DNA of 56,322 nt. Origin: a virus. Lineage: Duplodnaviria; Caudoviricetes. Below are positions 41,798-51,012 of the stretch, in pieces. The translations under genes and the position numbers were made by a program. Below the pieces are notes generated by a model, which was not told the DNA's origin, made no database searches, and saw nothing but the letters and a program-made list of their open reading frames with translations. Position 1 is the first letter of the stretch. The number at the start of each line of letters is the position of its first letter. The stretch covers positions 1-56,322 of the IMG/VR virus record IMGVR_UViG_3300051212_000212; one strand, 5' to 3'.

Positions 41798-44700
41798 ATG
41801 TCATTTACACATTTACATGTGCATTCATACTATTCGTTAATGGATGGACTTAACTCTCCTGCCGAACTTGTTCAAGCAGCTAAAGATGCTGGACAAACAG
41901 CATTAGCCATTACAGATCATGGTACGCTTGCCTCACATCGTGAAATGCAGATAGCGTGTAAAGAAATTGGAATCAAGCCAATACTTGGGGTTGAAGCATA
42001 TATATCCCCTACAGATAGATTTGATAGAGCGTCAAAAACAGATAAAACTATTCAGGCTTATAACCATATTATATTGCTTGCAAAAAATAAAAAAGGTTTA
42101 GAAAATATAAATACCTTGCAGGAGATTGCATGGAACGAAGGCTTTTATCATAAGCCACGTATTGATAGAGAGGTATTAAAAGAATATGCGGAAGGTATTA
42201 TTGTTCTTAGCGGATGCCTTAATGGCCTTATTAGTAAAGCTATTGAACGCCAGGAGTTCTCAGAAGCCAAGCTTATACTCAAAGATTTTAAACAAACTTT
42301 TGGTGAAGACTTTTACATTGAGGTTCAGTCGCACAACCCGAAAGAAATAAACTCAAATCTTCTCGAACTCGCAGATGAATTAAAAATTAAGGCGGTGGCA
42401 ACAGGAGATGCCCATTTTGCCAAAGGTGAAGATAAAATATTAGAAGAAGCAATGCTTATTCTATCTACAAATCCCAAATCAGATAAAGAGGCAGACTTTG
42501 AAATGTCTCGACAAATGAAAGACATGCTAGATAGATTTAATTATTTGTATCCTGACCGTAGAATTTCATTTCAAGACTATAATCTATTTATTCAAACCCG
42601 TCAAGAAATTGAGGCGGACTTCAAAGAGGCTGGAATAAATAGAACAGACATATATGACAATACTATGGAGATAGCCTCTAAAATTGGAGAATACGACTTT
42701 TACCAGGGTCTAGACCTACTTCCAGTCCCTAAGACCAATGCTGACAAGAAACTGGCTGAGATGGCCTCAGAAGGCCTTAAAGCCCTAGGTCTGGACAAGG
42801 ATCAGGTCTACTTGGACAGACTTCAGGAAGAGTTACAAGTAATTAAAGATAAGAAATTCGCATCTTATTTTCTAGTTGTAGCAGACATGATTAACTGGGC
42901 TAAGGATAATAATATTATGGTTGGGCCAGGTCGTGGCTCTGCAGCAGGCTCCTTAGTTTGCTACACGCTTGGAATTACAGATGTTGATCCAATTAAATAC
43001 GACCTACTGTTCTTTAGATTTATTAATCCAGAGCGTAACGACTTCCCAGATATTGATACAGATTTTGAGGACCGCCGTCGCAAAGAAGTTAAAGATTATT
43101 TGAAGAAGAAGTTTAAGCATGTTGCTTCTATTTCTACATACACATATTTTAAAGACAAGGGTGTTATTAGAGATGCTGCAAGGGTATTTATGGTTCCGCT
43201 TGGCGAAGTAAACAAAGCTTTGAAATCAGTAGATACATTTGAAGACTACACAGACTCTCCAAATACAAAAGAATTTAGAATGAAGTATCCAGAAGTAACA
43301 TGGCTTGCAGAAAGACTTCGTGGAAAAATTAGAAGCGTAGGCGTACATGCTGCAGGTGTTGTCGTTGCAAAGGATGATATCAGAAAGTATGCTCCTATTG
43401 AATCTCGTGAAGACGCACAGGATAAAGTTTCTGGACGTATCCCAGTAGTTGCATATGACATGGATACTGTAGCAGATGTTGGGCTAATCAAAATCGATGC
43501 TCTTGGATTAAAGTCTTTATCTGTAATTAAAGATACTCTTGATGCCATTAAGAATAGGACTGGCAAAGAAATAGATCTGTCAGACCTAGACCTTCAAGAC
43601 CCAGCAGTATATAAGCTTTTAAATGAAGGGTATACCAAAGGAGTATTTCAGGCTGAGGCAACTCCTTATACAAACCTTTTGATTAAGATGGGTGTCGATA
43701 AGTTTGAAGACCTTGCTGCTTCTAATGCTCTTGTTCGACCAGGCGCAATGAATACTGTAGGGTCTTCATACATTAAAAGAAAAAACGGTCTAGAGGCTGT
43801 TAAGTATGTACATCCAATCATGAAACCTTTTACAGAAAATACATACGGAGTTATCATATATCAAGAACAGGTTATGCAGGCTTGCGTACACCTAGGTGGA
43901 ATGACTTGGTCTGAGGCAGACAAAGTCAGAAAGATTATTGGAAAGAAAAAAGATGCAAGAGAATTTGACCAGTTCAAGGATAAATTTATTGAAGGAGCTT
44001 CGCAGCATATTAGCAAAAAACAAGCCGAAGACCTCTGGCACACGTTTGAAGCTCACGCTGGGTATTCCTTCAATCGTAGCCATGCCGTTGCTTATTCTAT
44101 GCTTTCTTATTATACCGCTTGGCTTAAGTCTTATTATCCTTTGGAGTTTATGTTTTCCGTCCTCAAAAACGAAGGAGACAAAGACGCTAGAACAGAATAC
44201 TTGATTGAGGCAAAGCGTTTAGGTTTGAAGATAAAACTTCCACATGTAAACGAGTCTGATGTTTATTTCTCATTGAAAGAAGATTCTATTAGATTTGGTT
44301 TAGCAGAGGTTAAATTTATATCAGACAGTATTGCTAATAAAATCATAGAGCGTAGACCGTTTAAAAACTACGCAGACTTTATTGATAAGGCTTCTAAAAA
44401 GGGTAGCGGTATTAACAGCAGAGCGGTATCAGCATTAAATTCAATTGGCGGTGCAGCGTTTGAGGACAATCCCAGAGCTGGCAACGAAAAGGATAATTAC
44501 TATGAATACTTGGGCATACCTACATTTAATTTAGATTTGCCGCCTAGAATTAAGTCGCAGGCTAAACCAATAGAAGAGTTCGATGACCTTGGATCTTTCC
44601 CTATGTTTGGAATGGTTAAAAATATTAAACGTGGAACGGGCTGGGCTCGTGTAGAGTTAGTAGATGAAACTGGATCTATTGGTCTATTTCATAATGAACA

Positions 44701-45064
44701 GACACAAATAGAGTCTGGACAAATGTATTTCATTCTTGTAGGAGATAATCGTATTGCAAGGTATATAAATGTAAAAGACATGGATCCCAATGGGTCCGAT
44801 TTGTTTGTAGACTATTTATATAGAAAGCAATATGATATTAAAGACGAAGAGAGACTAGTAATTAGCTTTACGCCATATCAAACTAAGGCTGGCAAAATGA
44901 TGGCTCACATCGTATTTACAGACAAGGATAAAAATCTTACAAGAGCTATTGCTTTCCCAGCCATGTATAAGATAGCATTAGCCAAGATGCGAGAAGGCAT
45001 GGTATGCGTTCCAGTATTATCTAAATTAGATGATGGAACATTAAATATAAAGGAGATAAAGTGA
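41798..45064 (+). CDS. dnaE: DNA polymerase III alpha subunit
   Basis: PHP 'HLHVHSYYSLMDG', 'AITDHG', 'GPGRGSAAGSLV', 'PDIDTDF', 'HAAGVV', 'YSFNRSHA'. Confidence 0.96.
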   Translation: MSFTHLHVHSYYSLMDGLNSPAELVQAAKDAGQTALAITDHGTLASHREMQIACKEIGIKPILGVEAYISPTDRFDRASKTDKTIQAYNHIILLAKNKKGLENINTLQEIAWNEGFYHKPRIDREVLKEYAEGIIVLSGCLNGLISKAIERQEFSEAKLILKDFKQTFGEDFYIEVQSHNPKEINSNLLELADELKIKAVATGDAHFAKGEDKILEEAMLILSTNPKSDKEADFEMSRQMKDMLDRFNYLYPDRRISFQDYNLFIQTRQEIEADFKEAGINRTDIYDNTMEIASKIGEYDFYQGLDLLPVPKTNADKKLAEMASEGLKALGLDKDQVYLDRLQEELQVIKDKKFASYFLVVADMINWAKDNNIMVGPGRGSAAGSLVCYTLGITDVDPIKYDLLFFRFINPERNDFPDIDTDFEDRRRKEVKDYLKKKFKHVASISTYTYFKDKGVIRDAARVFMVPLGEVNKALKSVDTFEDYTDSPNTKEFRMKYPEVTWLAERLRGKIRSVGVHAAGVVVAKDDIRKYAPIESREDAQDKVSGRIPVVAYDMDTVADVGLIKIDALGLKSLSVIKDTLDAIKNRTGKEIDLSDLDLQDPAVYKLLNEGYTKGVFQAEATPYTNLLIKMGVDKFEDLAASNALVRPGAMNTVGSSYIKRKNGLEAVKYVHPIMKPFTENTYGVIIYQEQVMQACVHLGGMTWSEADKVRKIIGKKKDAREFDQFKDKFIEGASQHISKKQAEDLWHTFEAHAGYSFNRSHAVAYSMLSYYTAWLKSYYPLEFMFSVLKNEGDKDARTEYLIEAKRLGLKIKLPHVNESDVYFSLKEDSIRFGLAEVKFISDSIANKIIERRPFKNYADFIDKASKKGSGINSRAVSALNSIGGAAFEDNPRAGNEKDNYYEYLGIPTFNLDLPPRIKSQAKPIEEFDDLGSFPMFGMVKNIKRGTGWARVELVDETGSIGLFHNEQTQIESGQMYFILVGDNRIARYINVKDMDPNGSDLFVDYLYRKQYDIKDEERLVISFTPYQTKAGKMMAHIVFTDKDKNLTRAIAFPAMYKIALAKMREGMVCVPVLSKLDDGTLNIKEIK

Positions 45065-45264
45065 CAGAAGAATTAGTTGCTCAAATGAGCACAAACAAGG
45101 TTCTAGTCGCAATTTTAGAAACATTGGGGAAGGTAACTGTTCCAACACTTACATTTCTTGATGCCTCAAATTCAGACAAGGAACTTGTGATTGATTACAA
45201 CGAAGAACCACCTTCGTTTGTTTTTAGTTTAAGGGATAAAGTTGGAGACCAAGATACTAACTGA
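45061..45264 (+). CDS. Hypothetical protein
   Basis: GTGA coupling; SD AAGGAG. Confidence 0.6.
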   Translation: MTEELVAQMSTNKVLVAILETLGKVTVPTLTFLDASNSDKELVIDYNEEPPSFVFSLRDKVGDQDTN

Positions 45265-45586
45265 GTACGGACTGGATGCGCTGTCAGCAATTCTTCATGA
45301 GATTGCTAAAGATAAAGGCTTCTGGGAAGGAAACCATAATGATGATAAATTTGGAATGAAGCTGGCTTTAGTTCATTCTGAAGTTACTGAAATTTTAGAG
45401 GCTATGAGAAAGTCTCAGGGTTCAGAAAAAATTGTAGAAGAAATTGCAGATGTTATTATCAGATTGCTAGATGTTTATGCAGCAATGCGAAATGAAGAAA
45501 TTGTATTGCATAGTCTTGATGATGTTTTGCAAAGTAAAATTGATAAAAATAAACAGCGGCCTACTCTTCACGGCAACCGTTTTTAA
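45242..45586 (+). CDS. MazG-like NTP pyrophosphohydrolase
   Basis: 'LALVHSEVTEILEA...EEIADVIIRLLD...K...N..R'. Confidence 0.8.
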   Translation: METKILTEYGLDALSAILHEIAKDKGFWEGNHNDDKFGMKLALVHSEVTEILEAMRKSQGSEKIVEEIADVIIRLLDVYAAMRNEEIVLHSLDDVLQSKIDKNKQRPTLHGNRF

Positions 45587-45617
45587 TGCTATAATAGTAG
45601 ACTAAGAAAAGAGAACA

Positions 45618-46622
45618 ATGACAATCGCAATAGATGATATATTAGCAAAATTAGATACAAAAACTAGAAATAGAGTTCAATCAGCAGTAGATGTACAGAT
45701 AGAAAAGCAGGCTACCCCAAGCATAGGTTTAAACTTAGCTTTAAGGGGAGGACTTGGATTCGGAAGACAGGTATTAATCTGGGGAAACAAGTCTGCTGGT
45801 AAATCTTCTTTTTGTTTACAGATGATTGCAGAAGCACAGAAGGCTGGTAAGTCTTGTGCTTGGATCGATGCTGAGGCTTCATACGACCAGAAATGGGCGG
45901 AAGAGTTGGGCGTTGACTCATCTAAACTAATATATTCCTCTGCTAAAACTATTAATGACATGGTGGATGTTGCTACTCAGTTAATGGAGGCAGAGGTAGA
46001 TGTTATTGTTGTGGATTCAATTTCAGCGCTACTTCCAGCAATATATTTTGAAAAAGATTCCAATGAATTAAAGAAGCTTGAAGACACCAAGCAGATAGGA
46101 GCGGAAGCAAAGGACATGACCCATGCGGTCAAGATGCTAAACTATGCAAACAAAAACACATTACTTGTTCTTATCTCACAACAAAGAAATCAATTTGGCT
46201 CTATGCATGCATCCCACATTCCAACAGGAGGAATGGCTGTTAAATTCTTCTCTTCCACTGTTATCAAGCTCTGGTCTAGCGAAGCCGAAGCGAATGCTAT
46301 TAAGGCTGGTGTTAAGGTTGGCGACAAGATTATTGAGCAGAGAGTCGGACGCCCAGTCAATTGGATTATTGATTACAACAAACTCGGACCGCCCAATTTA
46401 TCAGGACAATATGACTTCTATTTCCAAGGAGAAGCAATAGGAGTCGATCAGATAGGGGAAACCTTGGATGTTGCAGAAATGTGTGGCATTGTAGAAAAAG
46501 GTGGAGCCTGGTATACAGTTGATGGGCAAAGATTGCAAGGACGAGCAAAAGCAGTTCAATATCTAAAGGAAAACACAAAGGTTGCAGAAAAACTTCGCAA
46601 GGAAATTTATGCCAAATATTAA
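45618..46622 (+). CDS. recA: RecA recombinase
   Basis: 'GGLGFGR', Walker A GNKSAGKS, 'AWIDAE', 'VVDSISAL', 'PTGGMAVKFFSS', 'GAWY'. Confidence 0.93.
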   Translation: MTIAIDDILAKLDTKTRNRVQSAVDVQIEKQATPSIGLNLALRGGLGFGRQVLIWGNKSAGKSSFCLQMIAEAQKAGKSCAWIDAEASYDQKWAEELGVDSSKLIYSSAKTINDMVDVATQLMEAEVDVIVVDSISALLPAIYFEKDSNELKKLEDTKQIGAEAKDMTHAVKMLNYANKNTLLVLISQQRNQFGSMHASHIPTGGMAVKFFSSTVIKLWSSEAEANAIKAGVKVGDKIIEQRVGRPVNWIIDYNKLGPPNLSGQYDFYFQGEAIGVDQIGETLDVAEMCGIVEKGGAWYTVDGQRLQGRAKAVQYLKENTKVAEKLRKEIYAKY

Positions 46623-46797
46623 TGAGTTCTTTCATAAGCCAGAAAGGCTTGCAGCAACAGAGTTGCAAGCAATATCTGGAGTAAAGCCTTGTTCTAAATG
46701 TGATAAAAATGCACATGAAGGGTTTTGGGATCCAGTAACTATGCAACTGTCCTGGACTTGTCCAGACGGACACCAAACAATACATCAGGTTGGATAA
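46609..46797 (+). CDS. Small zinc-ribbon protein
   Basis: CSKC...CPDGH. Confidence 0.6.
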   Translation: MPNINEFFHKPERLAATELQAISGVKPCSKCDKNAHEGFWDPVTMQLSWTCPDGHQTIHQVG

Positions 46798-47108
46798 TGT
46801 CTGAGCGTAGCGAAATAAAAAGAGATGGTGCTAAAGCACAAAAGAATTCAGGTAGAGGTAAGTATCAAAAGGGAGATGCCAAGTGGTTCTCTTTTGTTGT
46901 AGATTATAAAGAGGCTAACGCTTCTTTTAATTTAAATAAAGATGTATGGGCAAAGATTTGCACAGATACATTTAAGGTGAATAGAAATATGCACCCAGCA
47001 TTAAAAGTTATTATAGGTGAAGATTCAAAAGTTAGATTGGGCATAGTCGAATGGGCAATGCTAGAAGAATTGATTACATTTTGGGAGGAAAACCATGTCA
47101 AGCGGTAA
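46797..47108 (+). CDS. PD-(D/E)xK nuclease, Holliday-junction-resolvase-like
   Basis: 'SE....DGA...NSGRG...KGDA....FVVDYKE'. Confidence 0.6.
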   Translation: MSERSEIKRDGAKAQKNSGRGKYQKGDAKWFSFVVDYKEANASFNLNKDVWAKICTDTFKVNRNMHPALKVIIGEDSKVRLGIVEWAMLEELITFWEENHVKR

Positions 47109-47229
47109 ACTAAAAGTTAGACGTAGATTTAATAAGACACAAATAAAAAACGGAAGAATTGTAAGGCTTCGTAAAGACGGGACCGTAAAGGCGGATCTTG
47201 GCCCATACCCAAAAGAAAAGAGGTCATAA
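47095..47229 (+). CDS. Small basic protein (44 aa)
   Basis: GGAGG SD; MSSGKLKVRRRFNKTQIKNGRIVRLRKDGTVKADLGPYPKEKRS. Not in the ORF track. Confidence 0.6.
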   Translation: MSSGKLKVRRRFNKTQIKNGRIVRLRKDGTVKADLGPYPKEKRS

Positions 47230-47384
47230 TGAAAGAAATATTGCTTACAACAATTACTGGAATGGGAGTAGGTGCAGTTTTTGCTGCGTTTAAGCTCCCT
47301 GTCCCAGCACCACCAGTATTTGCTGGACTAATGGGAATATTTGGTCTGTGGCTTGGATACGGATTAATTCAGAGGGTGTTTTAA
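47229..47384 (+). CDS. XapX-domain (DUF1427-like) small membrane protein
   Basis: MKEILLTTITGMGVGAVFAAFKLPVPAPPVFAGLMGIFGLWLGY: the LP.PAPP motif between two TM helices. Confidence 0.75.
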   Translation: MKEILLTTITGMGVGAVFAAFKLPVPAPPVFAGLMGIFGLWLGYGLIQRVF

Positions 47385-47518
47385 TGAATATTGATTCTGT
47401 AACATTTGGATTGTTTATTGGATATTTTAGCGGGTATTTTTCTGCCATGCTAGTTGTACATTTACAGGAAAAGGAGAAGGCCCGTGAACGACAAAAACAC
47501 TCTGGAACTAATCAGTGA
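47384..47518 (+). CDS. Small single-TM protein (44 aa)
   Basis: TAATG coupling; hydrophobic N-terminus and charged tail. Confidence 0.45.
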   Translation: MNIDSVTFGLFIGYFSGYFSAMLVVHLQEKEKARERQKHSGTNQ

Positions 47519-47819
47519 TATAACAGAATTTAATGATCTTCATGAGTACATGAAGGATGAGCATCTAGATAAAGCTTTGGCTGTTGTGGTAAAATTGTTA
47601 ATGAATCCAGATGTTCCACCTGCAAAAGCACCGCTTTTAATTATAGAGTTGCAAGCTATGTCAACTAAGTTTGCTGTATTGGCTTCAGTATATTCTACTA
47701 TCGCTAAAGATAAAGCGGGAACAGTAAACAACAATAAAAAGAATGTGTATTACTCAGTAAAGGAGTCGATAGATAAACTTGTGGATGCCCTCAAGTATGT
47801 CGTTCGTTATAATGGCTAG
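47484..47819 (+). CDS. Hypothetical helical protein
   Basis: AAGGAG SD then GTG at 47484. Confidence 0.65.
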   Translation: MNDKNTLELISDITEFNDLHEYMKDEHLDKALAVVVKLLMNPDVPPAKAPLLIIELQAMSTKFAVLASVYSTIAKDKAGTVNNNKKNVYYSVKESIDKLVDALKYVVRYNG

Positions 47820-48588
47820 AGAAATAGTAAATAATTTAAAATTTAAAAAGTCTACTGGTAATTTTAATCCAGAGGCTTTTGCAAAGATGCTTAATGATGC
47901 TTATATGGACAGCAAAAGGGCAGATGGGAAAATGACAAAGACATCCTTTAGTCCAAGTTCATTGGGCTATGGGCATGGCAATTGTCCAAGATATTGGTTT
48001 ATGGCATTTACTGGTGCTGTATTTATAGATAACAATGATGCGGTTTCAGTTGCCAATATGGCAAATGGAACGCAGGCTCATGAAAGAATTCAAAAGATAA
48101 TTAAAAGCATGGGAATTCTGAAGCATGAAGAATTTGAAATTGTAAATGAATATCCTCCTATTCGTGGTTTTATGGATGTAATACTCGATTGGAATGGAGA
48201 AGAGGTTATTGGAGAAATTAAAACTGCCAAGCAGGAAGTTTGGGATACAAGACAGGCAGAGATGAAATCTTCAGCAAACCACCTACTCCAGCTATTGACT
48301 TACATGAAATTACGAAATATTAAAGAGGGATTTTTCTTGTATGAAAATAAAAATACTCAAGAAATGCTTGTCATTCCAGTTCAAATGAACGATAGAAATA
48401 AAAAGATTATTGATGAACTGTTTGAGTGGTTATGCTCTGTTTATGATAATTTTAGAGAAGGTGATCTTCCTACACGCCCATTTATTAAAACAAGTTACAC
48501 ATGTAAAAATTGTCCAGTAAAGAAAGAATGCTGGAAGGGTGAAGAAGGAACAGTAGACATTCCAGCCTATGAGGTTCCTAAAGTATGA
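47812..48588 (+). CDS. Cas4-like PD-(D/E)xK exonuclease with Fe-S cysteines
   Basis: 'SPSSL...CPR', 'GT..HE', 'GFMD', 'EIKT', 'QLLTYM', 'CKNCPVKKEC'. Confidence 0.85.
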   Translation: MAREIVNNLKFKKSTGNFNPEAFAKMLNDAYMDSKRADGKMTKTSFSPSSLGYGHGNCPRYWFMAFTGAVFIDNNDAVSVANMANGTQAHERIQKIIKSMGILKHEEFEIVNEYPPIRGFMDVILDWNGEEVIGEIKTAKQEVWDTRQAEMKSSANHLLQLLTYMKLRNIKEGFFLYENKNTQEMLVIPVQMNDRNKKIIDELFEWLCSVYDNFREGDLPTRPFIKTSYTCKNCPVKKECWKGEEGTVDIPAYEVPKV

Positions 48589-48863
48589 TATGCAGTAATT
48601 CAGATTGCAGTAAAGACTTTGAGCCTAAAACACACAACCAAAAATATTGCTCAGATGAATGCTGCCGTATTGCTACAAATAAAAGAATCATGGAAAAGTA
48701 TTATGAGAAAAAAGCAATTAGGGGTGGCAAGTTTCGTCCATGCAATAAATGCAAGGCTCCACTAAGTAGATACAATCAATCAAACTTATGCTCCTCATGT
48801 GAAAAGAATGCTGGATTAAAGAATAGAGATAAGTTGTTGGGAATGATAAATGAGATTAGCTGA
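48585..48863 (+). CDS. Cys-rich zinc-finger protein
   Basis: CSNSDC...YCSDECC...CNKC...CSSC. Confidence 0.7.
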   Translation: MICSNSDCSKDFEPKTHNQKYCSDECCRIATNKRIMEKYYEKKAIRGGKFRPCNKCKAPLSRYNQSNLCSSCEKNAGLKNRDKLLGMINEIS

Positions 48864-49416
48864 GCTGGTTAAGACTAAGGCAAACAGGGTATTAGGTATA
48901 GATGCCTCTACAAACTCTGTAGCATTTTGCTTAATGGAAAATGATAAGCCGATCAGATGGGGCAAGGTAGAGTTTAGCGGATCTGATATATATGAAAAAA
49001 TATATGATGCTAAAGTTAAAATGCATGCCATGCTTCCACAACTTAAATCAGATTATATAGTTGTTGAGGGTGCAGTATTTGTTAAATCTCCAGATGCTGT
49101 GATTAAACTATCATATGTATATGGAGTTGTAATTGCAGAACTTATGTCTACTGGAGCCAAGGTTATGACCATATCTCCTACATCTTGGCAGGCACATATT
49201 GGAAATAAGAATCCAACAAAGATAGAAAAAGATAAGCTTAGATTTGAAAATCCTGGACATGCTGACTCTTGGTATAAGGCAAAGATGCGGGAGATCAGAA
49301 AGCAAAGAACCGTAGATTATTTTAATAAAAAGTATAATTTAGAATTAGATGATTTTGATGTGGCAGATGCATTCGGCATTGCCCACTATTCAAACACGGT
49401 GTTAACAGAACGATGA
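48850..49416 (+). CDS. RuvC-like Holliday junction resolvase
   Basis: 'VLGIDAS', 'IVVE', 'DVADAFGIAHY'. Confidence 0.8.
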   Translation: MRLAELVKTKANRVLGIDASTNSVAFCLMENDKPIRWGKVEFSGSDIYEKIYDAKVKMHAMLPQLKSDYIVVEGAVFVKSPDAVIKLSYVYGVVIAELMSTGAKVMTISPTSWQAHIGNKNPTKIEKDKLRFENPGHADSWYKAKMREIRKQRTVDYFNKKYNLELDDFDVADAFGIAHYSNTVLTER

Positions 49417-49559
49417 AACTATATCAAAGTAAAGACTGGCTATATAGACGATATGTGGTGCAGAAAAAGACTGTTACAGAAATTGCGTCAGAATGTGGAG
49501 TCTCTGCTATGACTATACAGAGACACTTGGAGAAGTTTGGATTGATTAAAAAAAGATGA
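49413..49559 (+). CDS. Small HTH DNA-binding protein (48 aa)
   Basis: MKLYQSKDWLYRRYVVQKKTVTEIASECGVSAMTIQRHLEKFGL; ATGA coupling on both sides. Not in the ORF track. Confidence 0.75.
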   Translation: MKLYQSKDWLYRRYVVQKKTVTEIASECGVSAMTIQRHLEKFGLIKKR

Positions 49560-50113
49560 TACATTATTACGGTAGTCAAAGTCAGGCTGGACAAGAATCA
49601 TTTGTCTTAAATGTTTTAAATCAGAAAAGAAACGGGGTCTACTTAGAGATAGGTGGATACCATTCAAAGAGAGATAGCAATACATATTTACTAGAGACAG
49701 CATTTGATTGGACTGGTGTCGCATTTGAAATAGATAAAGATAGATGCGAAGAGTATAATTTAAACAGAAAAAATCCATGCCTAAATGTGGATGCAACTAC
49801 ATTTAATTACTTAGAGTATTTAGAGTCAAATAATTTTCCAAAAACAATAGATTATTTGCAATTAGACATAGAGCCTGCTGCTCAAACTTTAGCAGCGCTA
49901 AAGGCATTACCTCTTGACAAATATAGGTTCTCTGTTATAACATTTGAACATGACTTGTATGCTGATCCAAATAATAGATTGGTAAAGCAGGAAGCGGCAG
50001 AGATATTAGCAAGTCTTGGGTATAAATTGGCTGCTGATAATATAGATCATTGTGGCAACATATTTGAAGACTGGTGGGCAGATTCAAATATAAACATAGA
50101 GGGGATATTGTAA
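49556..50113 (+). CDS. FkbM-family SAM-dependent methyltransferase
   Basis: 'SQAGQE.FV', 'YLEIGG', 'SNTYLLE..FDWTG', 'IDYLQLDIE', 'VITFEHD'. Confidence 0.75.
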   Translation: MIHYYGSQSQAGQESFVLNVLNQKRNGVYLEIGGYHSKRDSNTYLLETAFDWTGVAFEIDKDRCEEYNLNRKNPCLNVDATTFNYLEYLESNNFPKTIDYLQLDIEPAAQTLAALKALPLDKYRFSVITFEHDLYADPNNRLVKQEAAEILASLGYKLAADNIDHCGNIFEDWWADSNINIEGIL

Positions 50114-50442
50114 TGCTTGAACCAGTATTTGAAGATGTAAAAGAATTTCGTTGTGAAGATTTATATTTGCTGACAGTAGGCACTGAAGCAGGTAAAGAAA
50201 TATGGGATACTTGCCATGAGATTGCTCATATGCTAATTAAAAAGAATATTGCTTACGGTAACTCAGCCTTAGACCCTGTCCGTATATTTTCAAAGGCGGG
50301 ACCAAGAGAACAACTCCATGTAAGAATTGATGATAAATTAAATAGACTTATGAAGGGTACAGAATATCCAGGCGATAATGATATTGACGATTTAATTGGA
50401 TATTTAGTCTTATTAAAGATTGCCAAGCAAAAATCCAGTTGA
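50113..50442 (+). CDS. Nucleotide-modification-associated domain 1 (DUF1599-like) protein
   Basis: 'KKNIAYGNS...RIDDKLNRL...DDLIGY'. Confidence 0.7.
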   Translation: MLEPVFEDVKEFRCEDLYLLTVGTEAGKEIWDTCHEIAHMLIKKNIAYGNSALDPVRIFSKAGPREQLHVRIDDKLNRLMKGTEYPGDNDIDDLIGYLVLLKIAKQKSS

Positions 50443-50475
50443 TTTTTTAGTCGACTAGGAATATAATATCTATAT

Positions 50476-51012
50476 ATGGACATTGAATTAGCTGATCATT
50501 TTGATCGTATGAATAAGGTTGTTTCTGAATTGCTCAAGGGCAACAGCGCAACTCAGATTGCTTCTATAACGGGTTTTAAACGGGCAGAAGTTGTAGAGTA
50601 TATAGACGAGTGGAAACAGGTCGTTAGAAGCGATTCTGGAGCCCGTGACAGGGCAAAGGAAGCCATCTCTGGGGCAGACCAACATTACGCTATGCTCATT
50701 AAAGAGGCTTGGAAAACCGTAGAGGATGCAGACCAAGCAGGCCAATTAAATATAAAAGCCACAGCATTAAAACTAATTGCAGATATTGAAGGCAAGCGTA
50801 TAGGCATGCTTCAAGAAGTAGGTTTGCTAGACAACGCAGAACTTGCAACCCAGTTGGCGGAAACTGAGCGGAAGCAAGACATCCTTGTAAAGATTCTAAA
50901 AGAAGTAACAGCAAGTTGTCCAAAGTGTAAATTAGAAGTTGCTAAACGTCTATCTCAAATAACTGGGATAGTTGAACCAGTTGAAATTATAGAGGAAGTT
51001 AGTGGATCTTAA
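50476..51012 (+). CDS. Putative terminase small subunit (N-terminal HTH)
   Basis: HTH 'GNSATQIASITGFKRAEV'; directly upstream of and overlapping the large terminase gene. Confidence 0.6.
   Translation: MDIELADHFDRMNKVVSELLKGNSATQIASITGFKRAEVVEYIDEWKQVVRSDSGARDRAKEAISGADQHYAMLIKEAWKTVEDADQAGQLNIKATALKLIADIEGKRIGMLQEVGLLDNAELATQLAETERKQDILVKILKEVTASCPKCKLEVAKRLSQITGIVEPVEIIEEVSGS

Noticed and set aside
47812-48588. Cas4-like gene as evidence of a CRISPR-Cas system
   Set aside because: There is no cas1/cas2 or array; solo Cas4-like exonucleases are common in phage recombination modules.
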